IMG/VR virus record: IMGVR_UViG_3300032298_001311
Coordinates: 1 to 64,000 of that record
Strand: one strand, 5' to 3'
DNA: 64,000 nucleotides
Origin: a virus
In this document: piece by piece, positions 10,267-20,110 of the stretch
Layout of the letters: each line of letters opens with the position of its first letter
Numbering within the stretch: the first letter of the stretch is position 1
Translations under genes and position numbers: made by a program
The notes under the pieces: generated by a model
What the model saw: the letters and a program-made list of their open reading frames with translations, nothing else
The model's database searches: none
Told to the model about the DNA's origin: nothing

Positions 10267-11716
10267 TATTCATATGCCTTATATGTTTTAGTAATCTTTC
10301 TCTATCTGGTTTAATACCAGTAACAAAATCATGTATATTTTCGATATAAATTATATCATTTAGCTCTATTTGGTTGTTGTAAAACATTCGGACATCGTCC
10401 TTGATTTTATTAGAAAAAGAAAGCATTTCTAATTTATCTGTTACAATATACAGTTTTTTATATATTTCGTCAACTAATACTATCTGATTAACAAACTCAA
10501 TATTTTCAAAATATTTACTAGCCATACCTCTAATCACAAATAAATTAATTTCGATATCATTTAGCCTATATGCTTTTTTCTTTCCCTCAAAAATAAAACC
10601 TTCTTCGGTATCTCTTAATGAATCTTCAGTATTGATTGTTACGCCATATGTTGGAATCGTTACGTTTAAAGTTTCATTTATAATCTTAATATCATGAAAT
10701 CCTTCTACAGGTTTTCCTAACAAATATGGATTAAAGTTTTCAGTATTTTTATCAATAAAAGGTAAAAATAGAGGTCCCGATGTTTCACTACACCCAAATA
10801 TACTTACAATTTTTTTTAATTTTCCTGTTCTAACAGCATTTAACCATTTAGGATTTATAAATGAAAGAACAAAGATTGTTAACTCTGGACATCCTAATTC
10901 TGAATTTTCAATAGCTGAAATCATATAATCTGTACAATGATCAAAAGGGCTTTGAACTTTAGTAATTTTATTTCTTTGACAAAAATTTATAAAATTTTTG
11001 TAATTTTCGTCTGTGAATGATGTAACTTCAAAATTTTTCACTCCAAAGTAGTGCCATTTACATTTATATAATGATGGTAAAAAGAATATACCCAATGATG
11101 AACCATGATTAAATGTTACTAGATGTAATATACGATCTTCTTCGGTAAATTCTAAAGGTTCCCAATTATATGAACATAATTCATAAAAGAATTCGTGAGA
11201 ATGGTTTATTAGTTTTGGAGTGCCTGTACTTCCGCTACTTGTACATAATAGGCAAGTATCTGTTGGTGTAGAGTAGATCTTCTTAACATTTTCTTCATAT
11301 TTTTCATCAAGAGAAAAATTATATCCTATTCTTTTAACTTCCACAGATTGTTTAGAATTTTTGGTATAATACTCTCTTAAGTCCGGGAAAAGTTTTTCAG
11401 AAAATCGATCAAGAAAAACAAAATCTAAAGGAAAATAAATTGTAAATTTTGGTTGTCTAGCATCTTCGCGATTATTAGGTTTTATTAATATTGTTAATTT
11501 TAATCCTAATTCAAAAGATGCAAATAGTATAGCAATATAAGAAATATCCATATGAGTTACTGCAAACCCTATTTTATCTCCTGGACTAGCATTTTTGTCT
11601 ATTAATATTTTTTTCCAATAATCTATAACATGAAAAAGGTATTCGCGAGATATTCCTCTCTCTTCTGTGCAAAAATGAGCATTTTTATTAATCCATTCCC
11701 TAGATATGATTTTCAT
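10253..11716 (-). CDS. Adenylate-forming enzyme (ANL/AMP-binding superfamily)
   Basis: A3 loop TSSGSTGTPK, A5 FGCSET, C-terminal GIKPDR resembling A10. Confidence 0.8.
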   Translation of the reverse strand: MKIISREWINKNAHFCTEERGISREYLFHVIDYWKKILIDKNASPGDKIGFAVTHMDISYIAILFASFELGLKLTILIKPNNREDARQPKFTIYFPLDFVFLDRFSEKLFPDLREYYTKNSKQSVEVKRIGYNFSLDEKYEENVKKIYSTPTDTCLLCTSSGSTGTPKLINHSHEFFYELCSYNWEPLEFTEEDRILHLVTFNHGSSLGIFFLPSLYKCKWHYFGVKNFEVTSFTDENYKNFINFCQRNKITKVQSPFDHCTDYMISAIENSELGCPELTIFVLSFINPKWLNAVRTGKLKKIVSIFGCSETSGPLFLPFIDKNTENFNPYLLGKPVEGFHDIKIINETLNVTIPTYGVTINTEDSLRDTEEGFIFEGKKKAYRLNDIEINLFVIRGMASKYFENIEFVNQIVLVDEIYKKLYIVTDKLEMLSFSNKIKDDVRMFYNNQIELNDIIYIENIHDFVTGIKPDRERLLKHIRHMNNEKY

Positions 11717-12042
11717 ATTTCGGCTGCGAAATAGGCATCCTCTGGTTTTACTTCACTTATTGCCATAACAGCTTTTGCCTCAACTCTACGAACTATAATT
11801 GAGGTGCCATCATTCTGATCTAACTTAATTCCTCTAGTCCAACGTCCGTGTTCGACAAGTACCCATTCACCTATTTTCACTTCTTCTTGTTTAGGACCAA
11901 CAGCATAGACTTTCCCCCATCTAGGTTTAATTCCATGCTGTTTCCCGTCATCATCTATAATAATGATTCCACTTCTAGTTTTTTGTTCACCGAATTCCAT
12001 ATCTTGTACAATTATATGATCAAGAATAGGTCTTATTTTCAT
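11713..12042 (-). CDS. groES: Co-chaperonin GroES
   Basis: MKIRPILDHIIV...KTRSGIII...GKVYAVGP...GEWVL; start placed at 12042. Confidence 0.85.
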   Translation of the reverse strand: MKIRPILDHIIVQDMEFGEQKTRSGIIIIDDDGKQHGIKPRWGKVYAVGPKQEEVKIGEWVLVEHGRWTRGIKLDQNDGTSIIVRRVEAKAVMAISEVKPEDAYFAAEI

Positions 12043-12052
12043 TTTAAACCTC

Positions 12053-12304
12053 TTAATTAGAATTAGAATTTTTTGATACAGTTGCGTTTGTAAATACTTC
12101 ATCTTTAACAGAATTAGGATCTGATGTATAATAATCTGCTACAATTTCTTCTCTTCTACGAACAATTTTTCCTCCAGGGCCTAATTCGTCTCCTCGAGCA
12201 TTAACTCGAACATTACCAATAGCCGGAGTTAGCTCATTAGCCTTGCCCAAAAGCTCCATATCTACAACTCTTCCCATCATACTTCTATAAACTCTTTTAG
12301 CCAT
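12053..12304 (-). CDS. Hypothetical phage protein
   Basis: 83-aa ORF in operon. Confidence 0.65.
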   Translation of the reverse strand: MAKRVYRSMMGRVVDMELLGKANELTPAIGNVRVNARGDELGPGGKIVRRREEIVADYYTSDPNSVKDEVFTNATVSKNSNSN

Positions 12305-12314
12305 ATTATTTCTC

Positions 12315-12854
12315 CTATTTTAGAAATTCATTAATATTCAACTCGTATTTAATCGAATCAACCTTATGAATACCGAGAAGATAGAGACAATAACTAGCCA
12401 CGCTGGACCCTCTACCTACACCCCATAATATATTATTTTCACGCATTTTATCAACCAAAAATTTTAAAAATTGTAATAAAAGAATCATATCATGCTTTCT
12501 AAAAAGATTTAATTCTTCTTCTACACGTTTTTTTTCTTGAACAGTTACACAAAGCGATTGAATATATTCTTGAATATCAAAATTTTTATATTCCTTTGGC
12601 ATATACCAATTACTCTGCATATACTCGTCGTGGTTTTCTATCGTTCTTCCTTCATCAAAATATGGTTCAGGTACAGGCCAATCGCTTAAATTATTTTCTG
12701 TAATAAATTCAACATATGATAGATAATCTATATCTGTATTACATTCAACTTTAGATTTTGAAATTAGACCTAGATTGCCTTTGTATATTTCTTTGAATAG
12801 ATCAGAAGAAGAAAATATTGGTTCTCCTACGTTATTCAGTATCACCTCTACCAC
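12315..12854 (-). CDS. Stand-alone fragment homologous to part of DNA polymerase III alpha (DnaE)
   Basis: WGVGRGSSVASYCLYLLGIHKVDSIKYEL matches the DnaE GRGSxAGSLV.Y.LGIT.VDP signature; only 179 aa. Confidence 0.7.
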   Translation of the reverse strand: MVEVILNNVGEPIFSSSDLFKEIYKGNLGLISKSKVECNTDIDYLSYVEFITENNLSDWPVPEPYFDEGRTIENHDEYMQSNWYMPKEYKNFDIQEYIQSLCVTVQEKKRVEEELNLFRKHDMILLLQFLKFLVDKMRENNILWGVGRGSSVASYCLYLLGIHKVDSIKYELNINEFLK

Positions 12855-13476
12855 CTTTAATAATTTTAAATCTGTGAGCTTTAGTATTCATGTTTTCTGC
12901 TTCTTTTAAATCTTCTTCAAAATGTTGATTCCAATCAAAGTCTCCAACAAATATATTGTCGCCTTCTAATATTTTATCATATGTAGCTGGGTCGGGTCTT
13001 AACCACCAAGGTCCGGAAGTAATTTCCTTATTATCCCACCAAGACTCCTTATCTGGTAGTAATGCATTTATTTCTGGAGAATTATTATCTATAGTATATC
13101 TAATATTCTTCCCCAATTCACTAGATAATTTTATATATTCGATGATTAAATCTTCTCCAACTAGTGCAGAAAGTTTTGCAAAAATAACACAACCTAAAGT
13201 TTGGTCATTTAATAAATCAGGCAATTCTAAATAATTATTTGTAAAATTAAAATCGTGTTGGTTAAAATCAGTTTTTGTTATAATAATTGAATTATTCATT
13301 AATATATCAAAAAACATTTGAACTTTTTCAAAAGCAATATCGTGAAGAATTGGATTTATACTAGAAGTATCAAATCCAACTTCTATATCATACTCGTTAA
13401 TTAAAAACAAGTCATCAACAAAGACAATACATTTAGCTTTAGTAGACCATGAATGAGGTACAATGTTATCTGTCAT
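12832..13476 (-). CDS. Hypothetical phage protein
   Basis: 214-aa ORF. Confidence 0.65.
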   Translation of the reverse strand: MTDNIVPHSWSTKAKCIVFVDDLFLINEYDIEVGFDTSSINPILHDIAFEKVQMFFDILMNNSIIITKTDFNQHDFNFTNNYLELPDLLNDQTLGCVIFAKLSALVGEDLIIEYIKLSSELGKNIRYTIDNNSPEINALLPDKESWWDNKEITSGPWWLRPDPATYDKILEGDNIFVGDFDWNQHFEEDLKEAENMNTKAHRFKIIKGGRGDTE

Positions 13477-13503
13477 AATAACAGTTTATTATAGAAATAG
13501 GAT

Positions 13504-13740
13504 TTAGTCAACTTTAATAAGTCCATCGAAAGAAGAATCTTGATTATCAATAGCTTTTTTTTGTTTTTCAATTATTCTTCTTTGTTGTTCCCATCTATAA
13601 CCCTCTATCATCATAGAAACTTGTTGAGCAGCACCTGGAACAAATCTTATAGCTTGGAAATATTTTTTAGTAAGCTCTGTTATTTTGTTCTCAAGTTCCT
13701 GATCAGTAAGTCCGGTTATATCGGATTGTAATGGATGCAT
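13504..13740 (-). CDS. Hypothetical coiled-coil protein
   Basis: 78-aa ORF coupled to upstream gene. Confidence 0.6.
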   Translation of the reverse strand: MHPLQSDITGLTDQELENKITELTKKYFQAIRFVPGAAQQVSMMIEGYRWEQQRRIIEKQKKAIDNQDSSFDGLIKVD

Positions 13741-14432
13741 TATGGAGAGACCGTAAATTGTCCTAAATAATTACAAAGAACTGTATACCCGCTATCGTAT
13801 GTCCAAAATTCAAATATTATTGGACTTACTGTGTGGTTAGTTTCTGTCTTTTGAATTGAGTTTGATGGAATATTATAGCCAGGTTGTCCGCTAGTTGTTC
13901 CTGAAGGATTTGTACTTAATATAATTGGGTCTGGAAAGTTTTTTCCTAACAGTACCGTTCCGGCACCGACTAAAGAAAAGTTAACAGTTACGTCCCCAGT
14001 AAAGGATAATCCTTTATATAATTGAACTGTAATTTTTGCCAATTTGCCTTGGTTTTGATCTGGAAATCCTGTGATTGTAAATTGTAATGTACCAGTAGCC
14101 GGATTTACAGTAAATACCTGATAAGGGCCATTTGAAAATTCAACCAATGTTGTTGAACTAACACCAGGATTATCTTCACCTTGTGCTAATCCTCCTAAAT
14201 ATGCTTCTTCAGTAAAATTTACTAAATTAAAATTAGATAGGTTGTTTTTTCCAAAATCGTTTGAATCGTCTAATCTAGCACTATTGAGCTGCAAATCGTC
14301 TATTTCGCTCTTTGCAGCTTCAAAGTTATTCCTGATAACAGAAAAATTATCACGAAATCCTTGGCTATCGTTGTCACGTCCTGCAATTGGAAAAGTTTCA
14401 TCTATACTGTTAAAATTAATGTTACTAGCCAT
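13740..14432 (-). CDS. Virion structural protein
   Basis: N-terminal FPIAGRDNDSQGFRDNF motif of a type seen in large-myovirus structural genes; late motif near 14463. Confidence 0.6.
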   Translation of the reverse strand: MASNINFNSIDETFPIAGRDNDSQGFRDNFSVIRNNFEAAKSEIDDLQLNSARLDDSNDFGKNNLSNFNLVNFTEEAYLGGLAQGEDNPGVSSTTLVEFSNGPYQVFTVNPATGTLQFTITGFPDQNQGKLAKITVQLYKGLSFTGDVTVNFSLVGAGTVLLGKNFPDPIILSTNPSGTTSGQPGYNIPSNSIQKTETNHTVSPIIFEFWTYDSGYTVLCNYLGQFTVSP

Positions 14433-17400
14433 TTATAATCTCTCTTGCTGCAAATGCGATGTATTTATCGCCGTCATCACCCTTAACCGAGTCAATTATG
14501 ACTCGATCAACAGTAAAATCTATACTTTTAAAATCAATACCTAAATTTTTGATATTATTAACAATGGTATCACCGTACCCTGGTTTAGCGTAGCAAAGTA
14601 GTATACCTTTAGTAAATCCTTGCTCTATACCACTAAATGATTGTGGAGTTCTCATCCATAAGGGGAGGAAATTTCTTTCTGTCTCTCCTATTTTTTCTAT
14701 ATTTTTTCTAATATTTGTTGTACTATTTCCGAAGAGAGATCGATAATTGATATCTCCAACAGTTTGACCATTATAGTCGGCAGTCATAACTTTATCTTGA
14801 ACTAGTATTCTTGATAAATCATCTTTATCGAATCTAATCTGCGTATTTGCAGGAATAGATGAAATTAATGGTTTGCTTATAACTATTGTATTAGAGTCCT
14901 TATCTATTGATAAAATTGCTGTTTCTTTTTGGAAATAGGAACCAATAGCTGACGTTATTAAATCATTTACTTCTATATTATAAATTGAATTTATAGTTAA
15001 TGTAGATGAGCCAATAGATGCACTTAATTTATTATAAAATATAGTATTTGAAGATACATCCCATAAATCTCGTTTTCCTTGATTAACTTTAATTTTTGTT
15101 TCTAAAGGATTAGTACCGTTATCTGGATCTTTACGAGTAGGATCTTTACCTATCTTTACTTTAAATGATGTAGGAATGCTTCCCTTGTCATTTTCCATAT
15201 TATCTATAACTTCTATATAGACTGCTTCATAGACAACATTATTTGTTCCTGGAGATTTAGCAATAGCCTTTTTAACTGAACCAAATCGATATCTCTTTCT
15301 CGAACTTCTTCCTAATGCAGCAACGTATTCGGAAGCTACTTTAGTTTCAATTCCGGCATACATTAACATTTTCAATTCTGTCTGTACGCCAAAAGATTGA
15401 TCACTAGGTCTATAAAGCATAGTATGAGTAAATATTTCAGGATTAGTAAAGAAGTCTGTAAGCTCTAATCTCTTATTAGTTTTTAAGAATGGCTTTACAT
15501 AGATATTGCTGTAAAGCAAATCATTAGGAGTTGTTATACTAATTGTAAAGTTTTTAGTTATAGCACTTAATTTAAATTGATCTTGTGCAAGAACAATAAA
15601 TTTATAATCTCTATCAATAGTTGTATTGGATTTATCGAGAGTAAAATCATTTTGATCAAATATAGTTAAACCTCCTGATTGATCAATATATACATCCCAT
15701 GTTTCGTAACTAAAAGTTTCAGAATTATTTGGAGAAGTTGCTATATAATAATTGTCTTCATATCTAACAATATCGTTTATAAAATATGAAATAAAAGGTC
15801 TCCAATAAGATTTAAAAATTCCATCAGGAAACTGATAATATTCAATCCATTGATTGAGATTAAAAGAACTTTCTTCACTTGGAACGGTAGCTATATAATA
15901 CTTGTCATTATATAATACAATATCGTCTATAGCATATACACGGTATGCTTTCCAAAAAGATCTATAAATTCCTTCACTAAATTGTTTAACTTTTCCTTGA
16001 ATAGTTCCGTCGCCGATTAGGTTTAATCCGGGAGGTAATCTTCCGCCTATTAATGTGTAATTGAGTACAGCATTAGTTACAGTACTTGTTGCTTCTACTT
16101 GTAAACTGCTTATGAAGTTTGCAGGTATCTCGCCAAGATCTCCTTCAGTAATAAATCTAATTGTACTGTCGATTTCACCTATGATGTCTAATGTAAATGT
16201 TTTAGCAGAACTTACAACATAACTAAATGTAAATCTTGTTCCACTTGGGATAGTATTTTGTATATTTGTACTTAATGTTACAGTTTTACTTCCTTCATCG
16301 ATTGATGTAATAACTGTTCCAGGTATTATATAGTTATTACCTTGTGAAGATGTTACTAAACTGTCTATTCTTAAATTTAGAACAGAATCTAATTTTAGTG
16401 CATTTTGACCCACACTATTCACACTCGAAGTAAATTTTTCATAGCCATATAATGGATTGTCGGGATCGTATCTAATTGCACGAACAGTAAATTTATATGT
16501 TTTTGTTACAGCTGGTTGATAAGGAACATCTCCGTACAATTCTCCTGATGTTTGATCTAAAATCATACCAGGAGGTAGTCTACTTATAGATCCGTCGTCA
16601 TTGACAGGATCTAAAACATATCCTAATGCTCCTCTTAATGTATTAACATCATATACATCTAAAAACATTGTAATATAATTGTTAGCTCTTCTTTTTCCTA
16701 GATAAGATGGAGTCAACCAAAATGGCTTACGTATTGGGGTAATATCTGCGGTATAAATTCTACTACCAACTTCCATAATAGTTGTATCGGAACGAAACAT
16801 ATCGTCTCCAATAACAAATATTCTAAATCTTCTATCTTCGTAATATTGTCCGTCAAATGCTCTAACAATAAAAGAATAATAACGATTTAATTTTCTAGGG
16901 TTTCGTACCAAGTCACTATAATCAAATATAGTATTGTCATATAAGAAACTATCAAAACCATTATACGGTCTTACACCGTAGTCATATGCATATCTGTCAT
17001 AAAGTTGCATATCATAATTACCATTATATTCGCCCGCGTCATTGAGTATAATGGGCTCGGCGAATCCAGATATAATACCATCTAATGATAATGATAATCC
17101 TGGCGGTAATTCGCCTCCTCTCGGTGGAATATAATAAGTTAGTTTTTGTCCAGTAGCTAAATCTTGATCAATAGCACTTAATTGATAGTTTACATAATCG
17201 CCGTCAACAACAAATAGATTTACATGACGATAAGTTGATGTAAATCTTAATCTAGTACCCCAAGGTATTTCACTAATAACAGGTTTGCTTAATGATACTG
17301 TTTTACTTATAGTATCTATAGAAGTAATTTGTGTATTACTTGCAAATGGATTAGATGGTAAATGACTAAAAGTAAATCGTATACCAGACGGTAAAGTCTT

Positions 17401-19302
17401 TAGTAGAGAATGACTCATAGTTATAATATTTGTAACAAAGTTTATATCGATTATAGTAGTTGCATTTGATGGTAAACAATTACTACCTTGGGGAGGAATA
17501 ATATAGCTACCAAGTTTTAAATCCGATACAGAGTCTACTTTTAAAGTGTTTGACCCGATATTATTAACTCCTGATGTAAATTTTACTATATTATTTTCTT
17601 TTACTGATATAATACTATTTTTTAAAACATTTTTAACAGATGTTAATTTTAAAATATAATTTCCTTCATTGGCTTGTTCAGCTAATGTCCTATCAACAAA
17701 ATTAGATCTATCTCCACTTGTTCCTATTTCTAGATCCCCCGAAGGAGTAACCCATATAGGTTTGTCTGCACCTTCTATAGTAATATCATATGTTCGATCG
17801 GATAATCCTGTTGCATTTGTTGCTCTTAACACAAATCTAAAATTTTTCTCTGTAGGAACTTCAAAAGGTGTTCCTACAATGTTAAGGTCTTCTATTCGTA
17901 ACCCTGGAGGTAGTTGACCTGAAATTAAATCTAAAGATATATCACCAGGGAAAATAAAAGATCCATTTGGTAATAACGGTTCATTATAATATGTTGGTCC
18001 TAAAATATAAGGATATCTTGGAAGATAAGTGTCATTTGGATCAACAGTTACAAAATAAGCATATGTTCCTCTTGGATATTCCGGAGTAACACAATTTCGA
18101 CCATTGCATTTATCTAAATCTCCAAACGCAATAATATATTCATAATCTTCAATATAAGTTCCATCTGGTATGGTACCACTATATCTCTGTGTTTCTTTAA
18201 GTCTATAACTAGAACGCATTACGTTATATAATTCTGTAGGCAATGTTTCTCTCCAATGAGAATCTATATTTGGAGAAGGAAAATTATAAGTATCTTCTGG
18301 ACGATCTTTATCGTATGTAAAACTATCTAATTCTTCAGTAAGAATAAAATAAGTATCATTGAATCTAACTATATCGTTTACTTTATAGCTATATCTAATG
18401 TTACTAGTTGTATATATTGCAGTCTCTATATTTCTAACATATTCTAGCGGGAAAAAACGAATTATGCTTGAATTTAGAGTTAAATCGTTATATAAAACAT
18501 TATATCCTTGATTGTCGGTATCTACAATTTCACCGAACACCCATCTATCATGAGATTCCAAATAAACTGATGCCGTTCTAGTATAAGTAGAAGACCAATC
18601 TCCAATAAAGGAATTAGAATACCCATAAGGTCCGTATATAGGATTACCGTCAAATGCATAACCTATAATAGGACTGTGTTTTGTAGGATCTTTTTCGTAA
18701 AGAAATCTTGGGTCAGTAATATAATGAAATCTACGATCCGATCTAATTATACCTGACCCGTCACTAAATGGCCCCCAAGGATCTGTGCTATCATCTTGAT
18801 ATGACTGTATTGGATAAAGAGCAGAATTTTCTGTATACTGCTCACCTCCGATATCTGCGATTATTCCCGAATTAGGACTTCTAAAAGGAACACCGTCTAT
18901 AGCAACTCCAAAAAAACCTTCGGTACTAGTGTTGCTTAATTTACGTGGAAAACCTGCTGTAGTTTTACCGTCTATAGTTCTTTCTTCTCTAGGAAGTTTA
19001 AAAACATATCTTTGTGGAAGAGGAGTATATGCATTAACGCTTTGTGGTTGTCCTAGCCACGCCGTTTGTGGCATTCCTGTACTTTTAATCCAAAAAAATT
19101 CTGCATTGCTATAAGTAGGTAACAACGTAGAATCTACAGAATTATCAAATATTCTAGTTTCAGGAGAACTTTGATCTTCCTTATCATAAACAATAATTGG
19201 TATTGTTACAGTTGTTCTTTCACTAAATGGCTCAATTGTATTAGTAAGAGGATTAGTTCCTAAATTATAATTTGATGCATAAGCCCAGCTAGGTATTCCC
19301 AT
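14425..19302 (-). CDS. Large baseplate/virion protein with N-terminal YHYH-like domain and Ig-like repeats
   Basis: GVAIDGVP, HSPIIGYAFDGNPIYGPYG, DLDKCNGR motifs; repeated LPPGL Ig-like units; 1625 aa. Confidence 0.7.
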   Translation of the reverse strand: MGIPSWAYASNYNLGTNPLTNTIEPFSERTTVTIPIIVYDKEDQSSPETRIFDNSVDSTLLPTYSNAEFFWIKSTGMPQTAWLGQPQSVNAYTPLPQRYVFKLPREERTIDGKTTAGFPRKLSNTSTEGFFGVAIDGVPFRSPNSGIIADIGGEQYTENSALYPIQSYQDDSTDPWGPFSDGSGIIRSDRRFHYITDPRFLYEKDPTKHSPIIGYAFDGNPIYGPYGYSNSFIGDWSSTYTRTASVYLESHDRWVFGEIVDTDNQGYNVLYNDLTLNSSIIRFFPLEYVRNIETAIYTTSNIRYSYKVNDIVRFNDTYFILTEELDSFTYDKDRPEDTYNFPSPNIDSHWRETLPTELYNVMRSSYRLKETQRYSGTIPDGTYIEDYEYIIAFGDLDKCNGRNCVTPEYPRGTYAYFVTVDPNDTYLPRYPYILGPTYYNEPLLPNGSFIFPGDISLDLISGQLPPGLRIEDLNIVGTPFEVPTEKNFRFVLRATNATGLSDRTYDITIEGADKPIWVTPSGDLEIGTSGDRSNFVDRTLAEQANEGNYILKLTSVKNVLKNSIISVKENNIVKFTSGVNNIGSNTLKVDSVSDLKLGSYIIPPQGSNCLPSNATTIIDINFVTNIITMSHSLLKTLPSGIRFTFSHLPSNPFASNTQITSIDTISKTVSLSKPVISEIPWGTRLRFTSTYRHVNLFVVDGDYVNYQLSAIDQDLATGQKLTYYIPPRGGELPPGLSLSLDGIISGFAEPIILNDAGEYNGNYDMQLYDRYAYDYGVRPYNGFDSFLYDNTIFDYSDLVRNPRKLNRYYSFIVRAFDGQYYEDRRFRIFVIGDDMFRSDTTIMEVGSRIYTADITPIRKPFWLTPSYLGKRRANNYITMFLDVYDVNTLRGALGYVLDPVNDDGSISRLPPGMILDQTSGELYGDVPYQPAVTKTYKFTVRAIRYDPDNPLYGYEKFTSSVNSVGQNALKLDSVLNLRIDSLVTSSQGNNYIIPGTVITSIDEGSKTVTLSTNIQNTIPSGTRFTFSYVVSSAKTFTLDIIGEIDSTIRFITEGDLGEIPANFISSLQVEATSTVTNAVLNYTLIGGRLPPGLNLIGDGTIQGKVKQFSEGIYRSFWKAYRVYAIDDIVLYNDKYYIATVPSEESSFNLNQWIEYYQFPDGIFKSYWRPFISYFINDIVRYEDNYYIATSPNNSETFSYETWDVYIDQSGGLTIFDQNDFTLDKSNTTIDRDYKFIVLAQDQFKLSAITKNFTISITTPNDLLYSNIYVKPFLKTNKRLELTDFFTNPEIFTHTMLYRPSDQSFGVQTELKMLMYAGIETKVASEYVAALGRSSRKRYRFGSVKKAIAKSPGTNNVVYEAVYIEVIDNMENDKGSIPTSFKVKIGKDPTRKDPDNGTNPLETKIKVNQGKRDLWDVSSNTIFYNKLSASIGSSTLTINSIYNIEVNDLITSAIGSYFQKETAILSIDKDSNTIVISKPLISSIPANTQIRFDKDDLSRILVQDKVMTADYNGQTVGDINYRSLFGNSTTNIRKNIEKIGETERNFLPLWMRTPQSFSGIEQGFTKGILLCYAKPGYGDTIVNNIKNLGIDFKSIDFTVDRVIIDSVKGDDGDKYIAFAAREIING

Positions 19303-19340
19303 TCTTAAAAGCTCCTATGCAATATTTATCGCAAAAAGAG

Positions 19341-20075
19341 TTAAACGAAAGGACCTCCGTCTATTCCTATAGATGAAGGACTTGCTATAGATCCCATATC
19401 TATACCAGTAACATGTAGTAACCAAGATATAGGAGAGGTGAATTCTGTATATATAGGTCCAAAATCAAAAGTTAAAAATTGATTCTGTATATCCCTAACA
19501 TCAATACCATAGATTAATCCTGTTACATTTCCAGTTAAATTACCGTTAACATTTCCAGTTAAATTACCGTCAAATAAATTTGCACTAATAGTAGAACCCG
19601 ATCCGCCAATAATATTAAATCCATTGAGATCTAAATCTCCACCTAATTTAGGAGAGGTATCTGTTTCTATGTTATAGTTAGACCCAGTAATAGTAAGTGT
19701 ATTACCAACAATTGCTGTTGATATTCCTGTGCCTCCGACGATATTAATAGCTTGATCCACAGTTGACGCTATTAAAGATCCGGTATTAGCATTTACTCTA
19801 ACTAAAACATTACGATTATTATCAATAAGTATTTCGTTTGGGTTGTTCGTAAGGGTTACACCAGAACCTGCAACTAAACTCTTTAACCTTAAATCTACGC
19901 CAATTTTTTCTTTATATATTCCTATACCGGTTCCGACATTGTGAATAGTATTAGCTTGACCACCTTGGAGTTCTAATTCGTCAAAATTAGCATTAATTTT
20001 AGAAAATGCTGTTCGAAGATCGTCACCAGTTCCGTCATTTGGGACAAGTCCAACATTAATAGTTTGTAAAGCCAT
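19341..20075 (-). CDS. Tail fibre-like protein, gp9/gp10-like N-terminus
   Basis: INVGLVPNDGTGDDLRTAFSKINANF; GNLTGNV repeats. Confidence 0.7.
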   Translation of the reverse strand: MALQTINVGLVPNDGTGDDLRTAFSKINANFDELELQGGQANTIHNVGTGIGIYKEKIGVDLRLKSLVAGSGVTLTNNPNEILIDNNRNVLVRVNANTGSLIASTVDQAINIVGGTGISTAIVGNTLTITGSNYNIETDTSPKLGGDLDLNGFNIIGGSGSTISANLFDGNLTGNVNGNLTGNVTGLIYGIDVRDIQNQFLTFDFGPIYTEFTSPISWLLHVTGIDMGSIASPSSIGIDGGPFV

Positions 20076-20110
20076 AGATTTATTCCTCTGTAGTATTTAT
20101 CGAGCTATGG

